A DNA stretch of 64,000 nucleotides, taken from the NCBI RefSeq assembly GCF_003704095.1, contig NW_020847747.1:124001-188000 (forward strand), written 5' to 3'. Both the position numbers and the translations under genes were made by a program. This DNA comes from Pocillopora damicornis (lineage: Eukaryota). Numbering within the stretch: the stretch's first letter is position 1; every line of letters starts with the position of its first letter. This document shows positions 50,756 to 63,642 of the stretch, piece after piece. The notes under the pieces are model-generated. The model did no database searches. It saw only the letters and a program-made list of their open reading frames with translations, and was not told where the DNA came from.

Positions 50756-53213
50756 CTTGTAAGTTTTGAATAGACATGTTAAGTATGGCGTCTCCTTCAC
50801 TGCGTATCTCATTGTTGACGAATGCAGAACTTGAAATGTTCAAATTAACGGAAGAATTTCCATAAATTGCAACACTACTAGCACTGTTGTTTCGAAAGAT
50901 GCATCCATATAGTTGAACATTTCTCACCACAAAGAATTCATCAAATTTCAAGGTGAGTGTAGGAACAGAGCTGTTTATAAAGCTGCAGGCGACCACGTTT
51001 AAAGAACACTCAAAGAGATGAATTGAAGTGTTAACGAAGGTGATTTCTTCAAAAAAGACTCCTCGAGAAGCCATGCCGCAAAAAAACCGAAATCCATTCG
51101 TCCTTCAGGAAATAAATGCTCGACTATTGTAGCTGCGCAGAACTAAACCAGCTAGATCCAATCCTTTCTCGTTCCGGCATGGATAAGGGTCGCGTGATGT
51201 TCCTGTGCCGTCTATATTGATTATATCACCTTCACTTGCATGCACAGTAACTTGCTGAAGGGTTTTACATGGCGATGAGGCATTGAGCCCGCAATTATTT
51301 TTAAAGGTCCCATCGTATCTTGAGACAAACCACTGCTTGGCATGGATAGTTTCTAATAAATAAGAACAATATGAATAAATAGAGATTATGGTTTAAACTT
51401 TATTTTTCAAGGATTTCCAGCCCAGAGAAAAGACGTAACTATACACGTCTAAAATAACGACGTCTTTTGTTTGATATCGCCAATCAACTGCAGACACATC
51501 ACTCGCCCTTTGCGCCACTCTCTCAGGTTGATGAATGAACGACAAAGCGTTTACCAATAATGAAGTCAACTTTCCTTGTCAATAAAGGCCTATGTTGCTT
51601 ATATAACAAGATTCTGATTATTTTGACAAGAAGAGCGCTAACTAAGGCGGAAAGTAAAATAGCAACTTTCCGACTACCGTCATGTTGTTCAACGCGACTG
51701 CCTTTGAAATGAAAATTAACAAACCCACGTCACGCAATTTGTTACAGATTAGCTGTCAAACGATTGATGCAGTAGAAGACCGCACCTTCTATTCATCATT
51801 TGTTATGGTTACGACCATTATGTGGCTATTCTGAGAAATCACGAGACTGCTTTGTGATACATGACGAGTTTCCTGGGGAAAGTCCCTCCACTTCCTGTTT
51901 TCGTTAAAGCTGACGTACTCAACGATGGATGTCAACTTTGTCATTAAGCTACTCTCCTGGTCGTTAAAAATGTTAGTCCAACTCTCAACAAAATAAAAGC
52001 CATGCGTGTGCAATTTTCAACCAACTTCAAAAATTTGACTTTTGTCGAATGCAAACATTCTCATGGAATTTGCTATTAAAATTTTTTTTTTCATTTACGT
52101 TCATCTTTACCCCCGAATGGAAAGGAAACTATTATACTTGAATTTCAGTTCTAAGAGAACTTATTTCCTTTAAATTAGAAATAAGTCAATCTATTGCGCA
52201 AGAATCAAGTTGAGAGGCGCAAACTACAACCTTGCCACTTATTTTCATAACAGAGGAAGTTTGCTAAATATTCGAAGAGCTTGAACTTCGCGAGTTGAAA
52301 CCAGTGTCTATTTGAGTCAACAACAGCGATCTGCCAAGACATGTACAGTGAAACAAAACAACATGAGAGAAAAGGTGTATAAAATTTTCATATATTTCCA
52401 TGTATGAAATTAAGAAAAACTTAAATGATATATTCATACATTTTATTGTAAAAAATGTTTTTAAATGCGATATTTATGGCTTAAAATTTCTCNNNNNNNN
52501 NNNNNNNNNNNNNNNNNNNNNNNNNNNNNNNNNNNNNNNNNNNNNNNNNNNNNNNNNNNNNNNNNNNNNNNNNNNNNNNNNNNNNNNNNNNNCGAGTCTT
52601 TCTGCTCTTGGTATAGACAGTTTAGCCAAACTTTATCGATGCTGTTAGACAGGGTATTTTTATTCACCCAACTTCAAAAATTTGACCTTTGCTGAATGCA
52701 AACATACTCGTGCAAATTGCTAATATGAATTGTTTTTTCCCTGTACAATCATCTTTCCCCCCGATTACAAAAGGAAACTACCACAGCTGAATATTTTAAT
52801 TCTAAGAGACCTTGTTTCCCTTAAATTAAAAACAACTCAATCTATTTGCACAAGAATCAAGTTGAGAGGCGCAAACTACAACCTTGCAATTTGTTTTCAT
52901 AACAGAGGAAGTTTGCTAAGTAGTCGAGGAGCAGTGTCTATTTAAGTCAACAACAGGGATCTGCCAAGGCATGTGCAGTTAAAAAAAAAACATCAGTGGA
53001 AACAAGGCCTCCTACAAGTCTTTCTGCTCTTGGTATAGACAGTTTAGCAAACTTTATCGATGCTGTTGGACAGGGTATTTTTGCATCAATAAGAGGCTAT
53101 GTTTAAAGGCGAAATATGGAGTAGATATGATTGCAAAGCATAAAGAGACTTCACATACCTCCCGAACATATTCCACTCCAAAAGAAAATCCAAAAAAACG
53201 TTGTTAGCTCCAT
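50756..53213 (-). pseudogene. Copy C of beta-helix receptor gene, 5' part, inverted, with in-frame TGA
   Basis: Signal exon 53213-53159 (MELTTFFWIFFWSGICSG); exon 2 runs from 51352 to the gap at 50755. TGA at 51107-51105 sits where copy A has TGC (Cys). Confidence 0.7.
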
Positions 53214-54187
53214 TATGTGAGCCGGCGAGACATCAAGAGAACACCAATTAACTGTTTTCGACGGCTGCTTTTCAAAAACAAGATTCACGCGATTATGTTT
53301 TCGAGATTTTGATTCCTTATTGGAACTGATGTCACGAGACATATATGGTGAATAAATTATTGATCAGTTCTTAAGAGTAGCATTTTAGTCGTGGATACGC
53401 GAAGCGTATAAACGACTATTGTTAGGGGGACAGAATATGCAAATTTGACACTTACTCAGCTGTAAATAAGCCGATATGGCAACGGCTGACCAAAAATGTT
53501 CCACTCCAAAGGAAAATCCACAAAAACCATGTTAGCTCCATTATGTGAGCCGTCAAGACATCAAGAGAACACCGATCAATTGCTCTTAACGGCTGCTTTT
53601 TAAAAACAAGATTCACGCGATATTTCGAGATTTTTATTCCTCATTGGAATGTCACGAGACATACGGGGTGAATAAATTATTGATCAGAACTTAAGGGAAG
53701 CATTCTTAGTCGTGGATACGCGAAACATTATGTGGAGCGCCAGAACTGCCTTATGGTACTTTTTTCTATTATATATGGTACGTATTTCGGCTTAACTGCA
53801 GAATACCCTGCCACTCGAAGTAAATTCCACGTAGCCAGCAGCTACGCGGTATCCAGAAAATAATTAATTCAAATAAGAATTACATTAATTCAATGGACAA
53901 ATTATAAATGGCGCAGCAATGCTATGTACTAGTACTGCGTACTGCGTAGCCAGCCCTTTTCAGTAACGGGCTCGATGTGGCGGGGTATTCTGCAGGTACT
54001 CCTGTATTTCATCGGGTTCTAACACTCTCATATTCGGTGCTTTTTTCATTATCATATTTGGTACAAACACCATTGTATCCGATACTTTCTTCTTTGTAAT
54101 CGGTGCTTTTGTCGTAGTAGAATTTAAAGGAAGTCTAGAGAGGCCTGAAAAAGAGAGAATGTCATTCTCCGTTCTGACCGTCCCGAA

Positions 54188-54968
54188 ATGGAGGATATTT
54201 TGAGTGAGCTCCATCTAAACAGTTTAATAGCTCAATTTAGACGTGAACGGATCGTTCCTCCGGCAATTTTGGCTTTGACAGACCCCAGGCGGCCTAAGCT
54301 CCAGCTGAGAGATAATCATCTTACGAAATAACAGTCATAGCGAAATTATAAGAGTTTGAATGGGAAAATTTACGACCGTTTCAAGGAATAAAAAAAAATA
54401 GTCAAATTCTCACAAAAAATACTTCACCTTACTTCCACAGTGTATTGCCTGTTATCTGACCGCTTACTGCGTTGAAGGGAAGCCATTTTAGCGAGTTATG
54501 TATTTTTAGGTTTTCTACTTACATGAGAAAAGGGCTTTTCTTGAATGGAATATTTTAAATTCCATTCATAGGTATGTAGAAAACCTCGAAATACATAACT
54601 CGCTAAAATGGCTTCCCTTCAACGTAGTAAGCGGTCAGATAACAAGCAATGCGCTGTGGAAGTAAGGTGAAGTATTTTTTGTGAGAATTTGACTAATTTT
54701 TTTGTACCTTAAAACGGTCGTAAACTTTCCCATACAAACTCATGATTTCGCCATGACTGTTGTTTCTCTCAGCTGGAACTTGAGCCGCCTGTGGACAGAC
54801 GAGCACATTGACACACTGGGTGTTTCGGCGATTAGAGATCGCACTCGATTGCAGCTGATTTTCAGAAACTTCGAGGAAAACAGTACTGGGACCCCCATTA
54901 GCGGTGGAAATATAACAACATCAAGCGAAAGACTTTCAGCTGATGCAATCTGCCAAGGGCGAGAATAA
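54188..54968 (+). pseudogene. SAM-domain ORF interrupted by a MITE
   Basis: Removing 54284-54800 gives MEDILSELHLNSLIAQFRRERIVPPAILALTDEHIDTLGVSAIRDRTRLQLIF.., which matches the SAM pattern L.L..L...F..E.I....L.LTDE....LGV....DR.RL. Confidence 0.7.
54284..54793. mobile_element. ~510-bp foldback MITE with 7-bp target-site duplication
   Basis: Ends CCCAGGCGG / CCGCCTGTG; long inverted arms (~54284-54525 vs ~54567-54793); TSD GACAGAC at 54277-54283 and 54794-54800. Confidence 0.85.
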
Positions 54969-55203
54969 AACTAGATCCTACTAATCCTACTGGAACTAAT
55001 GATGCTCTTGCGAATCAAAGTAATGAATGGAAAGAATTCTTTAGTAACTCACACTCAAGCACTGGTAATGCTGAAATACATTCAACTGATCCTGTACATG
55101 AAATTACTATTTCTGAAGCAACTCAAAGACATAATAATAACACCGAACAATTAGTGACTGACTGTAAAGACAATGGTAATGATGATGGTGTGAAGTTGAA
55201 GAA

Positions 55204-55365
55204 AGAACTTCAGGTGTCACAGATGCTCTGTTACAAGAACCAGACATAACTGAAAATGTCGAAAAGATAATGACTTTTGCATCAGAAGAAGGAAACAAAC
55301 CTTTAGGTATATTTATGCAAAAAGATTCTGAATTCCTATCATTTCCAACTATGTTTACGTGTAAA
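55204..55365 (+). mobile_element. Helitron-type Rep fragment
   Basis: Translates RTSGVTDALLQEPDITENVEKIMTFASEEGNKPLGIFMQKDSEFLSFPTMF, resembling the 'APGEG..P..IF.D...E.L.FP' block of Helitron/Helentron Rep proteins. Confidence 0.6.
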
Positions 55366-55769
55366 AATGAAAAAAAAAATTTGCAAAGAGGAATTTAATT
55401 ATCTTCAAAACTCATTCAAACGTAATGTATGCACAACTTATTCACAGGTTCCTTTGGTTATTATTATTTATCATCAAACCAGGTCAAGCATATCGAGAGA
55501 TGACAACGTATGGAGATCATATTACCTTCTCCCAGCCCACCCCACCCCAATCCATTTGATCTGCTAATTGACCGCTAATGTCTTACTACCGCTGGCATTT
55601 TAAAAATCCTCCACTCCCTCATTTGCAGTCGATTTTTTCATGGTCACCTGTTTATACGCTGTTGACGAAGACTGATCATTCTCTGTTATCCCTGAAAACC
55701 ATGTGATCCTGACTCAAAGCCTCCTCCACTCCACCCCCCTCCCCCTCATTCTCCTGGTTCTTGCTCACA

Positions 55770-55992
55770 TGACCTGACATTTCGTTTTTCCTTACATAAC
55801 GCATGGTCTTTGAATGCCTGGTGGCTAAGCTAATTTCCAAAAAAAAATTCATCTGGAATCATCAATCCTTGCAACACCGCTTATGAAAGAACTTTCTCAA
55901 GTTATCCTTCTGTCATTAGTTCCTCGCCTGCACAGCGGTTGTTTACAAATTATACAAGACCTGCATCATTGTCACGATGAGGTGCGTCCTTA
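55770..55992 (+). pseudogene. Second fossil copy of CMC2 exon 1 and upstream sequence
   Basis: Reverse-complement colinear with 43080-43290 and 47955-48166; the start ATG has become ATC; ends gatgag|gtgcgt. Confidence 0.8.
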
Positions 55993-56269
55993 TTCTGTGT
56001 TGAAAACTTGAAGTGAACTACGTTACACATTTATATTGTTGATATTTTTGTATGTCTCAATTTTGCAGCTCCCTTTTACAAACTTTGTCGAAAAGGATAA
56101 ATACGTGCACGGGATGTTTAATTTTCAAGTTCCTTGGTACGACTCAACGAACACTCATTCAAGAAACAGNNNNNNNNNNNNNNNNNNNNNNNNNNNNNNN
56201 NNNNNNNNNNNNNNNNNNNNNNNNNNNNNNNNNNNNNNNNNNNNNNNNNNNNNNNNNNNNNNNNNNNNN

Positions 56270-59200
56270 AGAAGGAGGAGGTGCCTTAGCGTTGTTCGTG
56301 TCATACATGGGTAACTTATCACTAATCAATAACACTTTTGCATATAATCAGGGTCTAGAGGAAAACATCCCCACAAAGATTGCTGGAGCTATTTATGCTA
56401 GAGTGCGCAAACTCCTTGGGGACGTGGAAATTCGAAACAGTGAATTCCTGTGCAATTATGGCGCGCTTACCAGCATTCTTGCTCTTTACGTTGAAAATTC
56501 ACAACTCTCACTTCAGCCACGAGTGACATTACAAAACTTGACCTTTGTCAACAACAGTTATAACTTTAACTATAGTAAAGGTTGTGGCATCATCATCACT
56601 GAAGGCATGGGCTTCAAAATAATGAGCTCCTGTAAAATTCACGGAAATTCTGGTGGGATAGTGTACGTGTGCGAACCAGGTATGTTAAGGTGCAGTGGGA
56701 ATGTTCTCGTGGAGGACACCATGATAAGTGGAAATATCGAATTTACTTTGTCAGTCATGACTAAGAGTTTTCACTTGAAAAACGTTTCTTTTGTTAACAA
56801 TAGCTGCATTAGGCCATCTCAATATTCTGTTTTGCGACTAATGAGTGCGGTTAGTAATAGTTCGTTCCACTTGGATCAGAGCACTTTCCTGAACAATTTT
56901 GGAGAACCAGGAGTAGTCCATATCGATCTGTCCCTACTTGAAAAAAAGGCCGCCGACGGCCAGGTGATCATCAATAACACTGAGTTCCGAGGTAACTTTG
57001 GAAGATCTGAAGGCGTCCTTAAACTGCTCAAAGTTAATAGGATTAAAATTCAAAACTGCAAATTCATAAATAATTTTGGCGGCATAGGTAGTTCCCACGC
57101 AAACGTGCAGCGGTGCTTAGGAATGTTGATAATCAGAAATACCTCCTTTAATCAGTTTGACGATTCTCAAGTTTTTGAATCTGCGGGAGGACTTTCCAAA
57201 CATGTGGCACCATACTTGGGATTTTTGACGGTGACAAATTCTGAAAACGTACTTATGCGTATACGTAACAGTTCGTTTGCTTCGGATCCTTTCAGCACAG
57301 ACAGCATAGCTCTCATTGTTGTAGAAGAAGTCCGCCCAGGACTGTTGGACAGCTCTGTGCGAATTGAAACTCCGATCAACACCAAACTTAAGCTGCGTAA
57401 TATTACGGAAATCTACGAACCTATCATTGGAAATAAACAAGTCACGATATCGACTATATTTACCACCGAGCGATGTCCTGAGGGAACCTACAGCATTCAC
57501 AGGGGAACTCGAAGAAGACTTAGTGACAAGCATGTAAATTGTTATCCCTGCCCGGTTGGTGGAAATTGCTCTTTACCTCTCGCTGCTCAGCCCAACTTTT
57601 GGGGTTATCCTGAAAACGAAGACATCGTTTCTTTTCAGCTTTGTCCAGAAGGTTACTGCTGTTTGCCATCTGCCCATAACAAATGCTTTTATGACAACAA
57701 CAGCTACCAGCATTCCGGTTGCCAAGGCAATAGGACAGGCATCCTTTGCGGAAAATGTAAACAAAATTTCGCTGAAGGTTTGTTTACAACAGAGTGTGTT
57801 CGAATGAAAGACTGCACCCATAGTTGGTATTTGGTTGTTTTTTTCGCACTCACGTCATTATTTGCCTTGTATCTCGTTAGAAAACCCCCAGTGTTTGAGG
57901 AAGTGGGAAAACAATTAACATGGTTCATTCCGAGACGCAAAGAGGGCAATAACCAAGTTATTTGCAGCCTAGACAGCACCGCCAGAAAAAGTGTTTCTCC
58001 GAATTATGGCTTTTTGAAAATTATCTTTTACTTTTATCNNNNNNNNNNNNNNNNNNNNNNNNNNNNNNNNNNNNNNNNNNNNNNNNNNNNNNNNNNNNNN
58101 NNNNNNNNNNNNNNNNNNNNNNNNNNNNNNNNNNNNNNACAGCTCGTTCAGAAAAAGTGTTTCTCCAAATTATGGCTTTTTAAAAGTTATCTTTTACTTT
58201 TATCAAGTGGCTGGAGTTTTGGCCGTTCCCTCATATGGGGTGAAAAATCTATTGAGAAATGAGATTGTCTTGCCCCTTACCAATCTTTTGAACTTTAAAC
58301 TATATGCCAATACTAACTGGAAGATTTGTCCTTGGCCGATTTTCACACCACTTTTAAAAACATTGTTCCACTTGGTGACAGTGATGACCATTTTCTTCTG
58401 GATTCCAGTTCTTTACCTTCTGCACAGCGGTCTAAACAAATTATGCAAGCGCAGGCCAACTTTTCCGCCAGCTGGTCCTTACCTTGGAGCTGTCCTGGAA
58501 ACAGTGTTATTAGGTTACTCAGCAGTAACTGGCACAATAGTGCGATTACTCCACTGTGTAAGCATTCAAGAAGTGTCCCGCTGGTATTACGATGCCCAGT
58601 ACGTTTGCAAGCACCAATGGTGGCAGCAAGCTGCTATTGCCGTCATTGTCCTGAACTTGTTTCCGTTTATATTCACGTTGTATTTCATTTCGGTGAAACT
58701 CTATCGTGGCAAGATTTCAGGAAAGATATTTCTGCTGGCCAGCATCCTTCCTTTTCCTTATTTCCTCTTTGTTTTGTATCACTACGTAAAGAAAAAAATT
58801 ACCAAGAGAGCGGACTATCAAGAAATCCCTTCAACTGCCGGCTCTTTTCACGACGAAGAACATGACACAAATTCTTCCACAAGTATCAAAGCGTCACTTC
58901 TTGAGGTTCTTTGCGGTCCATTTACAAAGCCACAAGATAACCAATCAAACGGAAGAATCTACTGGGAGAGCATTCTAATTGGTCGCCGATTCCTCCTAAT
59001 TGTGATTGGTTGGTGGCAGTTGGAACATGCGCTTATGCGTTCTGAGTGTCTGACAATCCTTTGCCTCTTTTACTTGTTGCATCACATATCCCAGAAGCCC
59101 TTTGCCCACTCTTGGGTCAACGTCACCGAAATCGTCTCCTTGGCAGCCTTGGTCGTTATAGGAGCACTAAACGTGGGCCTTGCATCGGCAGGAAGTGACG

Positions 59201-59421
59201 TCAGCGGTATCAATCAACGGTATTTCTCCATTCTTTTGATGTCAGAGGCAGTATTACTGGGTGTTATACCTCTTGTTTCCGTTACTCTCCTCATCTTGTG
59301 CATTCTTTCGCAAACTGTACGGATGGTGATCATCTTATGGAAAGCTGCTCGAGCAAGATGGTTAATTTTTAAAAGAAAGTATAACATACAGTTGTCCGTC
59401 CAGGGTGGAGACGAGAGTTAG
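56270..59421 (+). CDS. Large intronless body of a beta-helix repeat / Cys-rich / multi-pass (7TM-like) membrane protein
   Basis: GGA(L/I)..FxxN Pmp-like repeats; then CPEGTYS, CYPCPVGGNC, CPEGYCC and CQGNRTGILCGKC; then TM helices (IFYFYQVAG.., YWESILIGRR, KPF). ORFs 56052-58262 and 58207-59421 form one frame once the overlap duplicated across gap 58039-58138 is collapsed. Confidence 0.85.
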
Positions 59422-60032
59422 CTTCTTTCTACGTGATCGTAATAGAACTTTACGCAAGCTACTTTCAAGTTTTGAGTAATATCCAATGAGTGGGAAAGTA
59501 CCTTTATGAGAATGCTTGGTAAGGCTTATTTAAATATTTCGTGAGTTTTTTTAACTNNNNNNNNNNNNNNNNNNNNNNNNNNNNNNNNNNNNNNNNNNNN
59601 NNNNNNNNNNNNNNNNNNNNNNNNNNNNNNNNNNNNNNNNNNNNNNNNNNNNNNNNAATTAATCTTACAATAAAATATATGTATATATCATTAAATTTTT
59701 TCTTAATTTTATACATGGAAATATATGAAAATTTTATACACCTTTTCTCTCAGTCCACTCTTACGGCGTTACGTATACAAAGGAAGAGATATTTTAAACA
59801 TTTGCCTAACACAAGTCTTCGCGATACATTACATCGTCAGATCAAAAAAGTATTGCGTGACACTTAAACAGCGTGACACTATATCCAGCGTTCAAAGACA
59901 AGGCTGACAAGATGAGTCCGGACGCACACAGTTAATGTAAGAAACAATTTATGGAAAAGAAATTGGACTGTCCAGTTGACGTGAACTCAAAGGAGGCTTA
60001 CTCGGATTGTTCTTCACCACATTCAGATAACA

Positions 60033-63000
60033 CTAAAAACTACCACTGCTTGAGTCAGGAAAGTCTGTCATCTCTTTCGCAGGCTTTTTGCGAGCTGAAA
60101 GTTACCATAAAGTAAAATGTCATGCGATGCTTTTTTTTTTTAAACGTAATTGCAAGGTTCCAAGGTGCATTGGCCTTCATGCGGTAACAAACGAAATCAA
60201 TTGGCATAAACCAAGAAACTCACTTTTCTTGTATGCGTTCCATATCCTTACAGTTTTGTCCCAAGAAGCGGAAATATACTGAAAGAACAACGTAAGGTAA
60301 CGGGTCAAAAAAATTGAAAGCATACCCAAGAACATTCAAAATTTGACATGCGAGGGGTCTGGGGCCTGAATACCATGAAATTGAGGCAAAGAATTCTTAA
60401 CCTCGTTTCCACGCCAGAAGTTTGTACCCTATTCTCAAAATCATACCATACAGTTCCTAGCAAGCTAATAACTACAACCGTAAAAAAAAAAAATTAGAAA
60501 TACCTGACTCCTCTCAGGAATATGAATAATACATCGCACAGAATCGGTGTGTCCAAGATTCTTCTGCACAATCTTGCGTGTGTCTGGATCATAAACCCTG
60601 GAAATGAAACAATAAAAATTGGGTGGCATTTGCCCCTGTAATTTTGCTGCAACATTCGCCACACACTCTCATGGCCTGTTTGCGTGACACAATTCCGACA
60701 CTACAAAAAGACATCCAATATGTTTCTTGCACGTTTGCATTACCTGTTTGCGTGACAACGAACGGCCACTCTAACAAGATATCTTTGTCATACATGTCAC
60801 GAAATCTTTACCTGATGATTTCTTGGACTCCAGCCACAATACAGCCGTTCACTTGATCAATACACAGAGCTGAAACAGCTCCTTGAGCAGTGAGCACCAC
60901 ATCGCACCCCATTCCATCTCCTCTCTGCGATCAGCAACAACATCAAAAGTACAAATAAATCAGAGCGGTTTTCGATGAACTATGATAATCTCACAACCAG
61001 AGTAATCGCAATAGCCAATCAGCACAAAGGAAAATATCACAAGCAGCCAATGAGAACTCAGAGTAAAAACATTTAAAAGCCCTCACAAGCAGTTGCCGAG
61101 TCGCCATTGATTTAATTTCGCGCCTTGTTGATTAAGAGAGAGTGGGGCGAGTTTTAAAGATCAGTCATAGCCCTGGTTTATTATGTGGCAAGGTAGTCCT
61201 GAGGTAAATCTCGGCGTTCTGATTGGTTCTTAGCTGGTCGGGATTTTGCCATACGGACCTTTTCCACGGAAACGGTCATAAGCCGTGTATTTTTGCTCCA
61301 AAAAGCCGGCAATTTCAAATCAAACAAGTTTTTTTTTTGCGAGTGCCATATATCAAACCACTTCCATACCTCGCTTTCACAAGCCGTACTGGGGAATATT
61401 AGCCCTCAGTCGTTTGTCACGGAGCTCGCTGCACTCGGTCCAAACTGCTACGACTGCCTCAGGCCAATATTACCCAGTATGGCTCTCACACCCGGTCAGT
61501 AAGAGGTTATTCCTTGCACACTTACTGGTGCTCCATTGCACCTGCTTCAAAATATACAGTTTCAAGATGTCAGTCACACAGTACACGATGACCTTACCCA
61601 GATACGAATAGTTCCATCTTCTGAGCCCGTGATCCATTTGCTCAACACAGCATTCCAGCGAACCTTTCGACAAGTAAAAAATTATTGATCACACAAATAA
61701 TGTCGTCGTAAACGCTTAGCAGCTTGATGACTCGAATAACTATACTACAGAAACTTTTTTTTTCTGCAAAAATATTAAATATAGTCAAGAAGCAAATGAT
61801 ACGTGTTGGAAAACATTATTTGATGCATGTTCATAAAAAACTAAACCCGTACCCTGAATACACCATCGGAATAAACGCCAAGACCGAGAGGAACCTGGCA
61901 ACGAGTCTTGATTGAAGCGTTCTTACCTGTGTAACTTCGGCCTCGTGGCCCTGTAACACCGCTGACAAAGTCATTTCTGCACCGCGGTCAGAGAACTGTC
62001 TAATGTACACCAACTTGTCAGACGAAGCATAAGCGAACTCATTTCTAAAGAGGGCAGAATAACATGGATACAAAGAACTTGATATGCGCAAAAAAGCTGT
62101 TGTCCAAAACTGCCCAAGTGTTTCATCAAAAAAGAGTTCTTCTAAGATGTCCATAACACTTATAGAGGCGGTTCGAAAGCGCCTCTTTACCTCCCCGTTA
62201 GTCCTCTTTCCTCCTCGGGGGGGGGGGTTAATTTTTTGCATTACTCATTATACCTTACCCTTGCCATGTTCCGCTGACAGCTGACAATTTGTAGTCCTAA
62301 TCTAAAATTACAATGTATTGACACTCTTTTGGCCTGGAACTTAGGCCTATCAATTGAGGTCCAGTGCAACAGTCAAAACCCAACATTTCTCCTTCTTTCC
62401 TTTCCAGCGTAAAATGTCAGCCGGTTCCTCGCCCCAATCCCCGGTGACCAATTCACATTATAAACTCAATCGATAACACTAAATCATCCTATCCCCGAGA
62501 GTCACCGAGGTACCTTGAGGTACTGAAGGATAAGACTGACTCCTCTCTTCAAATGAAAGTTTGCCGTTTACTGAATCGAGCGTTGAATACCAAGTCATAC
62601 CTTTCAGCGCTATAGGTTAGGTCCATAATGATACCATCAGAGGCCAGCTCATCGCTCTCAAGGGCGCTGGGATCAGTGTTGCGGAATGTGTCGTGAAAAC
62701 TATACAAAATGCAACGTAAAATTTCGTTTTACATCATGTTGATAGCTTTCAAAGAAAAATGTTAGGACGACAGCAAATAGCTTGTTAGTCTTGACAAGTA
62801 GGTATAAGTTAGGTATAAGCATTAATTGAGTTATTTGGAAGAATTTTAGGGTTAGAAGTTCTAAATATAAGGGAATATTAAATGGTGTGAACATATTTCA
62901 CGAGTCTTACCATGATGCTTCCAGGTCCCACAAGAAGATCCGTCGATCCCAGCCAGCACTAAGCTGAAAGACGAAGAAAAGGTACAAAATAAACTGAACT

Positions 63001-63642
63001 GTTACAGTGCTCAAGTGCATAAGTTCCTACTTCATCAGTACTTTAGCCTGTTTCAGGCGTTCAGTTGATAAAACGAAGCGCGAGAGTAAAACGGCGCCAT
63101 AGAAGCGGCAAAGTGAAAAATGTAAGGAGGTTTGACTCGAGTCGCGTAATATACGCTGGTGAAACTTTTTAACAAAAGTTTGTTTCAGTAGACCAGAATC
63201 TGATACACCTCAATGATTGATCGTTACACGACTCATCCCAAACATTTTTTTTTTCAATCTGACCGAAAACCTCGCGCCTTTTATCGCTCAGCTGTTAACA
63301 TTATGCCCATCGAGCTCACTTTTATATTTACCAACTGAACGCCTCGAACATGGTTCTGCTGTTCAAGAATATTCTCTCTCTCAATGGCGCCCCGCTGTAT
63401 AACAAAACTGTCGTTCAAGAATGCTATCTTGAATAGATCGGAAAATAATCTTGAGGATTGCTTAAAGCCTTAACTTTAATCAACGGTTACAACAAAATGA
63501 ATCTCACCAAGTATGTTGTATTGTACCCAGCCTCTCTCCCCACAACAGCCAGCCCGGTTACACAGCTGGAATGTTCTGTGAACACGTGTTTACAAATGAA
63601 TCCTGCCACCCTATTGGTTACTGAATCGTGCTCCTTAGAGCC
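60033..63642 (-). CDS. WD40-repeat protein, 3' portion (5' end beyond the window)
   Basis: In-frame GT-AG exons 63642-63508, 62963-62911, 62699-62601, 62044-61927, 61663-61598, 60924-60812, 60597-60504, 60278-60224 and 60094-60033. WD motifs: LSAGWDRRIFLWD; GHEAEVTQVRW..ITGSEDGTIRIW; GHTDSVRC..ISASWDKTVRIWN. Confidence 0.88.

Noticed and set aside
58139-58262. Apparent frameshift or overlap between the 736-aa and 404-aa ORFs
   Set aside because: Artefact of sequence duplicated across a 100-N gap, not programmed frameshifting.
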